From Chthoniobacteraceae bacterium (GTDB taxonomy: Bacteria > Verrucomicrobiota > Verrucomicrobiia > Chthoniobacterales > Chthoniobacteraceae): a stretch of 64,000 bases of DNA. The stretch lies in contig JANNWY010000095.1 in assembly GCA_031409335.1 (NCBI GenBank), positions 26,994-90,993 of the forward strand, given 5' to 3'. The translations under genes were made by a program, and so were the position numbers. Shown piece by piece: positions 41,001 through 50,492 of this stretch. How positions within the stretch are numbered: the first letter of the stretch is position 1; the number at the start of each line of letters is the position of its first letter. The notes beneath the pieces were generated by a model, which saw only the letters and a list, made by a program, of their open reading frames with translations, searched no databases and was not told the origin of the DNA.

Positions 41001-42772
41001 ATGTGATGAAAACCTTCGTCATCCCGCATCGCGTCGAGGCGGCGGATGGCGACAACGTCGCGTGGTCGCAACTCCACGCAGCGGCGCTCGCGGGCTTCAC
41101 CACGGACGCCGCATACTACGTGGTGCAGGGTCTCGATGCGAACGGCGCGGCGATCGCGCCGCCGCCGCTGCTCGATGTGGACAGCGTGATTGATTACACC
41201 GTGCTGCGCTACTACGCGGGCGACAACGACGCGCCCGTGAACACCAGCGTCGGCGGCGGGGTGCCGAAAAATTTCTACGCCTTCCGACCGCGCGATGGGC
41301 GGTTCGGATTTCAGTTCGTCACGCACGACGGCGAGGGCACGATGAGTGGCGGCGACGTGACGGGGACGATCAGCGCGGGCAGCACGCTGCAATACTTCAA
41401 CCCGCGCTGGCTCTCGCAGCAGCTTGCTGCGAACGCGAAGTATCGGCTGCGTTTCGCCGACCGCGTGCAAAAGCATTTCTTCAACGGCGGCGCGGTGGAC
41501 AACGCCGTGGCGCTCGCCCGTTGGCAATCGCTGCGCGCGCAACTCGCGCCCGCGATCCTCGCCGAGAGCGCGCGCTGGGGCGATGCCGCGAGCGGCACCC
41601 CGCGCACCGCCGCCAATTGGAACGCCGCGAACAACGCGCTGGAGACGGGCTTCTTTCCCACGCGCCGCGCCACGCTCATCGCACAGCTTCGCGCGCGCGC
41701 GCTATTCCCGAGCTTCGACGCGCCCACGTTTTCTCAGCACGGCGGGAATGTTGCGGCGGGCTTTGCGCTCACGATCACCGCTCCGGCGGGGACGACGATT
41801 TTTTATACGACGAATGGGACCGATGCGACCCATGCGTCCTCTTTCTCCTATTCCGGTCCCATTGTTTTGAATGGCGTGCAGCTCACCGTGAAGGCTCGCG
41901 CAAAACTGAACGCGACCGGCGAATGGAGCGCGCTGACCGAGGCGCTGTTCACCATCGGCGCAGTGCCCGCCGCGCCGGGCAATCTCGCCATCTCCGAAAT
42001 CCACTACAACCCGCCCGGATCGAGCGATGACACCGAGTTTGTAGAACTCGTGAACCTCAGCGCGAGCCGCCTTGACCTCACCGGCGTGAGCTTCACCGGC
42101 GCGATGATTTTCACGTTTCGAAACGTAACGCTCGAACCCGGCGCGCGCATTTGCGTGGTGGAAAACACCGCCGCATTTTCCGCGAGCTACGGTCCCACGC
42201 CGCTCGTCGCCGGCCAGTGGAGCGGCGCGCTGAACAACAGCGGCGACACAATTATCCTGCGCGATAAAAACGCCGCGGAAATCGAGCGCGTGACCTACAG
42301 CGATCAGCCACCATGGCCCACGGACGCGGATGGCAACGGCTACTCGCTCGTGCGCATCAATCCCTTCACCAGCGCCGACACCGCGCTCAACTGGCGCGCA
42401 AGCACCGCGCTCAACGGCAACCCCGGCAGCAGCGACGCCACCACCTTCACCGGCGACGCGCTTGCCGATCTCGATGGCGACGGCCTCCCCGCGTTGCTCG
42501 AATATTTCCTCGCAAAAAATGACGCCGCCTTTCACGCGAGCCCGCTCCTCGCCAGCCGCACCGCCGAAGGTCGCGCGACGCTCACCTTCCCGCGCCGCCT
42601 CAGCGCGGATGATCTCATTTACACGGTCGAAGTGAGCGGCGATCTCGTGACGTGGACGAGCGCCGCGACGCGCACGGCATTTCTGCGGAATGTCGATGGA
42701 ACCGTGACGGAAACTTGGACCGCGGACATCGGGGCGGGGCGGCAGTTCATGCGGGTGCGCTTGGCGAAGTAG
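38036..42772 (+). CDS. Large secreted protein: Ig-like, lamin-tail domains, CotH kinase-like and Fn3-associated domains
   Basis: Signal peptide; LTD motifs VFISEFLAEN..DWIELFN and ISEIHYNP..EFVELVN; CotH-like IRGGFSR..LYIDGHYWGIY..ER..KNF; C-terminal DLDGDG..LEY..SGDLVTW..FMRV. Confidence 0.85.
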   Translation: MLHLRLTHGLWCIVLAMLMAAGFAAPVPVTSVTMSGSQLTALDINGNTYPQAQLVLPTVTAFAAGAATVPMVPNGAAAPAAGARKTLLHDWLLDSGLINPAVGAGTVTVTFSTPIVNRAGADIVFMEINPGATSDAMQVTINGNTQVVASGSWGATGFATAGADLYSTGSTVATLAALESATLTLNSADISQNVFGVGIDLSDFGVAANASVASINFGSSGTTFDPVFIAGINGTGTPPAGPVTLPYVEPFTAGAGALTAGAEWVATGGAYRNTITAASAASTAHFLTNDLSGTPPAGFFLSSKFTLVSQTTTGNAVGFALFGTNSGLTGGVNFPYYLFDFRPGANVLRFLRVGVNNTAFFPDTTLQTMSVNTAQPFTLEVLGRYEFGALVMNLTVRQGALSETFYVVDTEPLTTGFFAYRNRTGAGGALTVNCDDFTLRRVSTGSFVATPEPFARVGAVYSSVVSAVSDIGAVVALTAPTLPPWMIFTPGGNGSGTLSGTPPAVGGYSIALAGSDAEGGALAQTFNVSVLEPTGVFISEFLAENDSGLRDEDGDQPDWIELFNSDDAPANVSGWWLTDNPGIPMKWAIPAGVTIPARGFLVIFASEKNRTAPQLHTDFKLTNSAGGYLSLRFPGGGVAAEYFGYPAQRADKSYGAYGSYTPRGFLLKPTPGAANDAVGYSDFVATLAFSVTRGFYTTPQTVAVSCATPGATLASTLDGSTPTLTNGAQSASPLVLNVSATTVLRVAAFAHGLAPSAVQTQSYFFLEDIRVQQQPAGWPSGPVNGQVLNYGMDPDITGSVTAQQMKNALAALPTISLTTDLSNLFDPATGIYVNPYGREEGYERAVSVELMNADNSPGFAINAGLAIRGGFSRQGTNPKHNLHLYFRGKYGASKLSYPLFGDEGADEFDRIDLKTSQGAAWHANGDINATYNRDEWNRLTHGAMGHPYTRSRYYNLYIDGHYWGIYVTQERADSAYASSYFGGKSEDYDVMKTFVIPHRVEAADGDNVAWSQLHAAALAGFTTDAAYYVVQGLDANGAAIAPPPLLDVDSVIDYTVLRYYAGDNDAPVNTSVGGGVPKNFYAFRPRDGRFGFQFVTHDGEGTMSGGDVTGTISAGSTLQYFNPRWLSQQLAANAKYRLRFADRVQKHFFNGGAVDNAVALARWQSLRAQLAPAILAESARWGDAASGTPRTAANWNAANNALETGFFPTRRATLIAQLRARALFPSFDAPTFSQHGGNVAAGFALTITAPAGTTIFYTTNGTDATHASSFSYSGPIVLNGVQLTVKARAKLNATGEWSALTEALFTIGAVPAAPGNLAISEIHYNPPGSSDDTEFVELVNLSASRLDLTGVSFTGAMIFTFRNVTLEPGARICVVENTAAFSASYGPTPLVAGQWSGALNNSGDTIILRDKNAAEIERVTYSDQPPWPTDADGNGYSLVRINPFTSADTALNWRASTALNGNPGSSDATTFTGDALADLDGDGLPALLEYFLAKNDAAFHASPLLASRTAEGRATLTFPRRLSADDLIYTVEVSGDLVTWTSAATRTAFLRNVDGTVTETWTADIGAGRQFMRVRLAK

Positions 42773-43014
42773 TCGCGGACAACTTCGCCTCCACAGGCGC
42801 ACGAATGCACCCGCTCAATCCAGCCACCGCTGCCGGGCTGATTCTTGTCGGGGATGTGCGTCTCGCCGCCGCGCCGTTCGCGGACCTCGTCTAGCGCGGT
42901 GTGCCGGTCGAACGCGATCTCACACACGCCAGCAGGTGAAAAGTGGTCGTCGATGTGGTCCTTCAGTTCCTTGTGTCATCTCACTGTCATCCGGGAGCGT
43001 TTAGCGTCTGTATC

Positions 43015-43584
43015 ATGAAAGCGCTGCTGCCTTTCCTACTCATCGCCGCGTGCAGCGTCACGCACGCTGCAAACATCTCGGATGGCAGAGCGGGAAACGG
43101 GCTGTATTTGACGGCGGCGAATTGGGACAACGATGCGCTGCCGGGCTTCTCGGGCACAGTGAGCCTTCCGGCAGCCGCGCCAAACAAGCAGGTGAGTCTT
43201 GGCGGAAGTGGCATCGCCCACGAGCGAGTGGCGATGGTGGGTGGCTACCGTGTTTTCAATGGGCGCATCGTGGTTGCCGGGGGCGGGAGCAACGCGGAGA
43301 TCGAAAGCATCGGCTACAAGACCGAGCTGGGCGGAACCCTGATCGATACTCGCAACGGGGGGCGGATCGAGATCCTCGGCATCTTCAGCTAGGCGACCAC
43401 GGTGGGAAAACTCGCGCGGATGTTCGTCACCACCGACGCGTCGGTCTTCGCGTTTTTCAGCGAGGTCTGCTACTCGGGCGATCCTTTACAGATGCTCATC
43501 CGCGAGACGCGCGGCGGCGAGGCAATGGAAATCAAGCGCGGTGAAGGCAGCACTTTGCCTAACAGCGGCCAGCGGGTACTGTGA
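43015..43584 (+). pseudogene. Probable chimeric gene remnant with an in-frame TAG at 43390-43392
   Basis: ORFs 43015-43392 and 43402-43584 share a frame and read as one continuous protein (..EILGIFS*ATTVGKLARMFV..). The N-part resembles the start of autotransporter-type passenger proteins (AANWDNDALP). The C-part resembles the tail of beta-helix/GH55-like proteins (GYKTE.GGTL). Confidence 0.55.
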
Positions 43585-43607
43585 AAAATTTTACCAGCTT
43601 TTCACCC

Positions 43608-46589
43608 ATGACTCGATCCCACCCACTCCTGACCTTCTGCGCCGCGATCCTTGTCGCATCGGCCTTTGCCGAAGTGCCTGAACCTTACAACTCCGACAAG
43701 AACGCCTCGCGCCCGCTCGCTCCGGCGGAGGCGGCGGCGCAGTGGAAACTGCCGCCGGGCTTTGTGGCCACGGTCTTTGCGGCGGAGCCGGACGTGCGCC
43801 AGCCGATCGCGATGGCGATGGATGGACGCGGGCGGTTGTGGGTGGCGGAGTGCTACACCTACTCCGAGGTGAAGAAGGGTTTCGATGCCGAGCTGCGCGA
43901 TCGGATCGTGATTTTCGAGGACGCGGATGGCGACGGGCGTTTCGATAAACGCACGGTTTTCGTCGAGGGGCTGGAGCGCTTGAGCAGCATCGAGATCGGC
44001 TTCGGCGGGGTGTGGGCGCTGACGAGTCCGACGCTGGTTTTCATCCCGGACAAGGACGGCGACGATCGCCCCGACGGGCCGGCGGAGGTGCGACTCGATG
44101 GCTTTGAGTGGAAGCGGAATCATCACACGATGGCGAACGGCTTGCGCTGGGGGCCGGACGGCTGGCTCTATGGCCGGCATGGCATTCAGGGCGTCTCCGC
44201 GCTGGGAAAACCGGGCACGCCGGACGAGGCGCGGCCGAAAACCAACGGCGGCATTTGGCGCTACCATCCGCAGCGGCAGACGGTGGAAATCGTGGCGCAC
44301 GGCACGACGAATCCGTGGGGCATGGACTGGAACGAGTATGGCGAAGCGTTCTTCATCAACACGGTCATCGGTCACCTCTGGCACGCCATTCCCGGCGCGC
44401 ACTTCCGGCGGATGCATGGCAGCGATTTGAATCCGCACGTTTATGAAATCATCGAGCAGCACGCCGATCACGTTCACTGGGCGGAAGGCGAGAAGTGGAA
44501 TGACTGGCAGAAGCTCGGCACCACGGATGCGACTTCCGCGGCGGGCGGCGGGCACGCGCACACCGGGCTGATGTTTTATGGCGGCGACAACTGGCCCGAG
44601 GCGTGGCGGGGTAAGCTGCTGACGATCAATTTTAATGGACGCCGGCTGAACGTGGAGAATGTCTCGCGCGACGGTTCCGGCTACGTCGGCAAACATGCGC
44701 CCGACATCGGCTTTGCGGCGGACCCGTGGTTTCGCGGGATCGATCTGATCTACGGGCCGGACGGTGGCGTGTTTATCGCCGATTGGTCGGACACCGGCGA
44801 GTGCCACGACAACGAAGGCGTGCATCGCCAGTCGGGCCGCATTTACAAAATCACGCACGGCCAGCCCGCGCGTCCGGCCATCGCGGATGTCGCGAAACTG
44901 ACGCCGCAGGAGTTGCTGCCGCTGCTCGATCACCCGAACGAATTCTACGCCCGGCACGCGCGGCGGCGTTTGCAGGAAATGGCGGCGACGGGTGCGGACC
45001 TCACGAGCGTTCGCGGGGCGCTGCTCGGGAAATTTGCGAGCGAGACGGATGTCGTGAAAAAGCTCCGCGCCCTGTGGTCGCTGCACGCGTGCGGCGGCGC
45101 GGATGTGGCGTTTCTGCGCGCGCAGCTCGGTCACGCCAGCGAGCATGTGCGGACTTGGGCAATTCGCTTTCTCACGGATGAGCGCGCGGATGCGGAGACG
45201 ATCGCGGCGCTCAGCAAACTCGCGGCGACCGAGCCGTCGCCTTTCGTCCGCCTCGCGCTCGCGTCTGCGCTGCAACGGCTGCCGCTCGATCAGCGCGCCG
45301 CGGTGGCCCGGCCGCTCCTGCGGCACGCCGCGGATGCGGACGATCACAATCTCCCGCAGATGCTGTGGTATGGCGTAGAGCCGCTCGGCGATGCCGACCC
45401 CGCCGCGCTCGCCGCGCTGGGCGCCGAGTGTGAACTGCCGCTGACGCGCCGCTGCATCGCGCGCCGGCTCACCGGCCATCGCGAGAAATCCGACGCGCCG
45501 CTCAACACCCTGCTCACCAAAGCCGGCGCCGATCCCCGCTGGCAGGCCGATGTGCTCGGCGGGATGCGCGACGCGCTGAAAGGCGAACGCAAAGTCGCGC
45601 CGCCCGCGGGCTGGAAAATCGCCGGGCCGGCTTTTGCGAAAAGCACGGACCCGAAGACGGTGGAAGTTTTCCGCGCCTTGAATGCGGTCTTCGCCGACCC
45701 GGTCGCACTGGCCGCCACCCGTGCCGCCGTGCTGGATGCCGCCGCCAGCATTGAGGCACGCCGCGCCGCGTTGCGCTCGCTGATCGACAGCCGCGCCGAT
45801 GGCTTGCGCGCCGTCTGCGAGACCGCGCTAACCGTGCCCGGACTCGCCGCCACCGCTGCGGATGGACTGGCGTTGGAGAAAGATCCCGCCGTCGCTGACT
45901 CCATCCTCGCGAAACTTCCCACCATCGCGCCGGCGGAGAAAGGCGCGGTCATCAGTGCGCTCGTTTCGCGGCAGGCGTGGGTCGCCCGCGTACTCAATGC
46001 CATCGCCGCCGGGAAGCTGCCGCGCGCCGATCTCACTGCCTTTCACACGCGGCAGATCCGCGGCTTCGATGACGCCGTTTTGACCAAACAACTCGGCGAA
46101 GTCTGGGGCATCTCGCGCGATACCGCCGCGGACAAACTCGCGCAAATGGCGCTCTGGAAACAGCGCCTCACTCCCGAGGTGCTCAAGCTCGGCGATAAGG
46201 CCAAAGGCCGCGTGCTCTATAGCAACGTCTGCGCCGCCTGCCACATCCTCAACGGCGAGGGCGGCAAGCTCGGCCCCGAACTCACCGGCAGCGGACGCGA
46301 CAACCTCGACTACTTGCTGCAAAACATCCTCGACCCGAGCGCCGCCGTGGCGCGCGAGTATCAGCTCGTCACCGTGACCATGAAGGACGGCCGCGTCCTG
46401 AGCGGCTTCATCCGCGCCCGCACCGAGCGCATCGTGGAACTGCACACGCTGGCCGAGGTGCTGTCACTTTCGACCAGCGACATCGCCGGGACGGAAACCT
46501 CCGCGCAATCGCTCATGCCCGAGGGCCAGTTGCAGGCGCTCGCCGAAAACGAGGTGCGCGACCTGATGGCGTATCTGATGGCAAAGTGA
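43608..46589 (+). CDS. PVC-type heme-binding CxxCH protein (sorbosone-dehydrogenase-like propeller, HEAT repeats, cytochrome c)
   Basis: LPPGF..FAAEPDVRQPIAM..DGRGRLWVAE, GPDGWLYG, NPWG, DW.D..CH, HEAT-like repeats, CAACH..GPELTG..LMPEG. Confidence 0.92.
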   Translation: MTRSHPLLTFCAAILVASAFAEVPEPYNSDKNASRPLAPAEAAAQWKLPPGFVATVFAAEPDVRQPIAMAMDGRGRLWVAECYTYSEVKKGFDAELRDRIVIFEDADGDGRFDKRTVFVEGLERLSSIEIGFGGVWALTSPTLVFIPDKDGDDRPDGPAEVRLDGFEWKRNHHTMANGLRWGPDGWLYGRHGIQGVSALGKPGTPDEARPKTNGGIWRYHPQRQTVEIVAHGTTNPWGMDWNEYGEAFFINTVIGHLWHAIPGAHFRRMHGSDLNPHVYEIIEQHADHVHWAEGEKWNDWQKLGTTDATSAAGGGHAHTGLMFYGGDNWPEAWRGKLLTINFNGRRLNVENVSRDGSGYVGKHAPDIGFAADPWFRGIDLIYGPDGGVFIADWSDTGECHDNEGVHRQSGRIYKITHGQPARPAIADVAKLTPQELLPLLDHPNEFYARHARRRLQEMAATGADLTSVRGALLGKFASETDVVKKLRALWSLHACGGADVAFLRAQLGHASEHVRTWAIRFLTDERADAETIAALSKLAATEPSPFVRLALASALQRLPLDQRAAVARPLLRHAADADDHNLPQMLWYGVEPLGDADPAALAALGAECELPLTRRCIARRLTGHREKSDAPLNTLLTKAGADPRWQADVLGGMRDALKGERKVAPPAGWKIAGPAFAKSTDPKTVEVFRALNAVFADPVALAATRAAVLDAAASIEARRAALRSLIDSRADGLRAVCETALTVPGLAATAADGLALEKDPAVADSILAKLPTIAPAEKGAVISALVSRQAWVARVLNAIAAGKLPRADLTAFHTRQIRGFDDAVLTKQLGEVWGISRDTAADKLAQMALWKQRLTPEVLKLGDKAKGRVLYSNVCAACHILNGEGGKLGPELTGSGRDNLDYLLQNILDPSAAVAREYQLVTVTMKDGRVLSGFIRARTERIVELHTLAEVLSLSTSDIAGTETSAQSLMPEGQLQALAENEVRDLMAYLMAK

Positions 46590-46802
46590 GCGGCGCGCTC
46601 AACGGCAGCCCCGGCGGCAGCGATTCATGTGCGTGCGCGTTATGAAGTGGTCGCGGAATTCTTCTTCGCGCGTGCTATTGCCGCCCGGTCGCGACAGCGC
46701 AGATTGACTCCTTCCCTCGCATGAAAATCACCCGTCGCATCCTCCATCACGAGACTTGTGCCAGCCGGTCGCCCGGTCGGGGCAGGGGAGGAAAGCGCCA
46801 CG

Positions 46803-49800
46803 ATGTCTAGGCTCACGAACCGAACCGGAATCGTGGCGGGTCTCGCTGCGCTCGCAATGTCCATCGCTCTGGGCTGCGGTCGCGCCAGCGCCGCGAATTT
46901 TGTCAAAGCGGATGTGACGACGCTGCTGGGGCCGGTGTTTTTTGTGGATGATGCGTTGGTCGGCGGCACGGATGCCACCATCAATCAGCCGTCGTCGGGG
47001 AACTATGTCCGCACCTTTGGCAGCCAGCTCACGGCGAATCAAGGGACGACGGAGCTGCGCATCACGGGGTTAGGCTTTGCCACGTCCAGCAGCGCCGCGG
47101 CGAATGATGCGACGAGCCTCACGGTTTCCTTTACCTATCTCGGCGCGGATGGCGCGGTGGGTGGCGGAGACGATGTCGCCATCGGCTCGGCCGCGGGCAG
47201 CTATGCGTATGCTGTAAGCGGTGAGTATGCCTGCGTGTTCGATGCACCGCTGGTGGCCACGCTGAATATCACCGCGCTGAAGTTTCAGGTTTCCGTAACC
47301 CCGACGAATGCGGGAGGGAATGGCTCGGTCTTGTTCAAGGTGGCGGCGATTCCTTTCGATGGCATCACGAGCGCAAAGCTCAGTGTGGCGGGCACAGTGT
47401 CCGGTGCGCTGCCCGCGATCCCGCTACGGGTGAACCTGGCCAAGTATCAGCCGACCACGGCTTCCTCGGTGAGTTCGCAGTTGTATGCTGCGGGTGCCAC
47501 GGATGGCGTGGTGGGAAACACGAACCGCTGGACGACAACCAATGTGAACACGGCGCATTGGGCGGAAGTGACTTTTCCAGTGCCAGTCACCATCCGCAGC
47601 GCCCATGTCTATACCGGCACCGATGACGGCTCGGTGCCGGGCAGTTTCAAGGTGCAATACCTCTCGGGTGCAAGCTGGGTCGATGCGCCGGGCTCGGCCC
47701 TCACTGGAAACACCCCCTCGCAGGTCAATGTCATCGTCACCAGCTCGGTGACCTCTGACAGCTTTCGACTCTACTCAGATGTGGATGGCTTCTTCCGGGT
47801 GAAAGAGTTCGCCTTGTTCCCGCCGAATCCCGCCCTTGGCAGTGGCAGTGGCACTGAGCAGGGTTACCCACTCGGCACGGATGTGGAAGTCAACCTCGGA
47901 AAAAAACGCCCGGCAGTCGCCAGCACGGCAAGTGGAATTCACTTTCCAAAGCTGGCAGTGGATGGCTTTGTGAGTAGCGCCTCGAAGTGGCAGACCAGCA
48001 CCGCAGGCACCGCTACGCTCGATATTGACCTGCGTGTCGCCAGCAAGATCGGCAGTGCGCATCTCTATTCAATCGACGGCAGCATGTTACCGCTGGCTGA
48101 CTTTAATCTGCAATACTGGGACGGCACCACATGGGTAGCCATTCCCGGCGGCGCGATCACGGGCAATACCAGCGCGGCTCGCGTCATCACGTTTAGCTCG
48201 ACGCCGATAACTTCCCTGGTGCGGCTGACTTTCACCAACCCTTCGGTAAGCGCCGTGCGCGAGTTGTGCATTTTCCCGGCGAATGGCGGCGCGGGCTATT
48301 CACTCGGACAGGACGTGCTCGGCGTTTCTCCGACGACGACGGAGTTCGGCGATTACCACGACGCTTTCTACAACGTGCAGAATCGCGCGGCCAGCCTGCC
48401 GCTGAGCGTCAACGGCACGACTCCCATTCTCAACCTTGCCACGCTCGAAGCCAACCTGAGCCACTATCAAGTATTGCTGAATGTCGGCACCGACACCTAT
48501 CGGTTGTACAATCGCAGCACCGGAAAATGCCTCGCTGGGGCAGGTTTCTCCACGAGTAACGGAGCTTCGCTCGTGGATCAGGACTACACCGCCATGCCGC
48601 ATCAGAACTGGCGGCTCGTAGCAGTGGACGCGACGGATTTTTATCTGCGCAACGAATGGAGCGGTCTGGTGGTGGATACCCAGTCGGGCGGCGTCGCCGA
48701 AGGCACGGCGCTGGAGCAGCAGGCAATCAGCGGCTCCACCACGCAGCACTGGCGGTTCATCGTGCAGACGCACTTTCCGAAGAAGGGTCAGGCGGGTTAT
48801 TTGGCCAATGTGGCTGAGATGAAAGGCAACTGGGGATACAACTGGGGCCGCTCGACGACCGTCACTCTGCAAGCCGGCTTCGTGTATAACCCGATGCAGT
48901 GGGGTAACTTCAACTGGGATCTCGGCAGCGGCCAAGGGCCGCTTGAGCAGTTTCTCTCCGAGTGGCGGCGGCAGGATCAGGGCATGTATCTCCTCGGCTT
49001 CAACGAGCCGGATCAAGCAGGCCAGGCGAACATGACCGTGGAGCAGGCGATTACTTTGTGGCCGCGGCTGGAGCGCATGGATATGCCGCTGGTAGCTCCC
49101 GTGCCAGCAAACACGGAGAGCGCATGGATGGTGGACTTCATGGCAGAGGCGCAGGCGCGCGGCTATCGCATGGATGTCATCGCGAATCATCACTATGCCA
49201 ACGCCGACGGCGGCAACCCGGACGGTATGATTAGCCGGCTGCAAAACTTGAACACGACCTACGGACGCCCGGTGTGGTTGACGGAATTTGGCATCGTGGA
49301 CTGGAACGGCACCGGCAATTGGACCGAGGAGGATAACTACAACTGGCTGGCCGAATTTATGTGGCGCGCGGAATCCCTGCCGTGGCTACAGCGCCACTCG
49401 CTGTTTATTTTCACCGCCAGTACCACCTCCCCCGAACCTGCCAATACCACGGACACCGTCGCTCCGCGCTCGAATTCCTACCAAGCCGACGGCGTCACAC
49501 CCACAGCCTTTGGTGAACTCTATTTCGCCTGGGATGGCGATGCCACCGTGCGCGGTGACAAGCCCTACTTCATCCATAACAAAGGCAAGCGGAAGCGGCT
49601 CCGAAACGCAGTGGGCTCGACTGCACCGGGCCATCGCAATATCCGCGATGGCGGCGACACCGTGCAATGGGTGCTCCGCCCCTCCGGCACCGCCGGGCAA
49701 TGGCACCTCGTCCCCCTGCGCGACGGGCGGCTGCTGCGCTACACGGGGAGCGCGCTCAATTTCGCTCCCGCGCATACCACCGGCTCCACCGTGCGCTGGA

Positions 49801-50467
49801 GCCTCGTCGCCGAGCAAGACGGCTGGTCTTACCTGGAAAACCCCGCCGCCACCGCTGCGAATCGCCGTCTGAAGTTTGACAACGGCACCTTCAGTATGGT
49901 CAACAATACCAGCACCATTGATGAGAACAAATGGCGCTTCATCGTGCCGTTTGCCCCGGGGGAAGCAGCTGCGCCCGAAGCCATCGCCAATGTCAGCGCC
50001 ACCGCAGGCAATGCTCAGGTGACACTGGCTTGGACGCCAAGCGCCAACCCGGACTTATCTTTCTACTCCGTCTATCGCAGTAATACCAGCGGCGGCCCCT
50101 ACACCCTCGTCGCTTCCAATCTCACCACCGCGAGCTATACAAACAACGCGCTGCAAAACGGCACTGGCTACTACTACTACACTGTTACCGCTACCGACTT
50201 GACTGGCTACGAGTCCACGCTCTCCACCCAGTCCGCCGCCACACCCGTGATCTCCACCCCGCCGATGTCCCTCGGCACGTCGTTGTCCAACGGCACCTTC
50301 ACCATCACCTGGCCCGCGACCCATCTTGGCTGGATACTCGAGTCGCAAGCCAGCGGCCTGTCGGCAAAAACTGGATCGCCGTGCCCAATACAGCGACGGC
50401 CACCTTCTACTCATCGCCGATCACACCCGGAACACCCGCGATCTTTTTCCGACTCAGGCGCCCCTAA
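46803..50467 (+). CDS. Secreted GH128-like beta-1,3-glucanase with discoidin (F5/8), ricin-type lectin and Fn3 modules; frameshifted at about 50366-50370
   Basis: WGYNWG..PMQWG..LLGFNEPD..PVWLTEFG (GH128 catalytic Glu motifs) and QxW ricin repeats. The natural C-terminus NWIAVPNT..AIFFRLRRP* (TAA 50465-67) lies in another frame after an A5 run. Confidence 0.78.
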
Positions 50468-50492
50468 CTCAATCTCCGGAAATACCTGGTTC

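Noticed and set aside
42805..42894. Fragment MHPLNPATAAGLILVG resembling a sensor-kinase membrane segment
   Set aside because: Too short to support; at most part of the decayed region already reported.
43390..43392. Programmed TAG readthrough (pyrrolysine or recoding)
   Set aside because: No pyl genes are in the window, other genes use TAG as a normal stop, and the surrounding ORF looks decayed.
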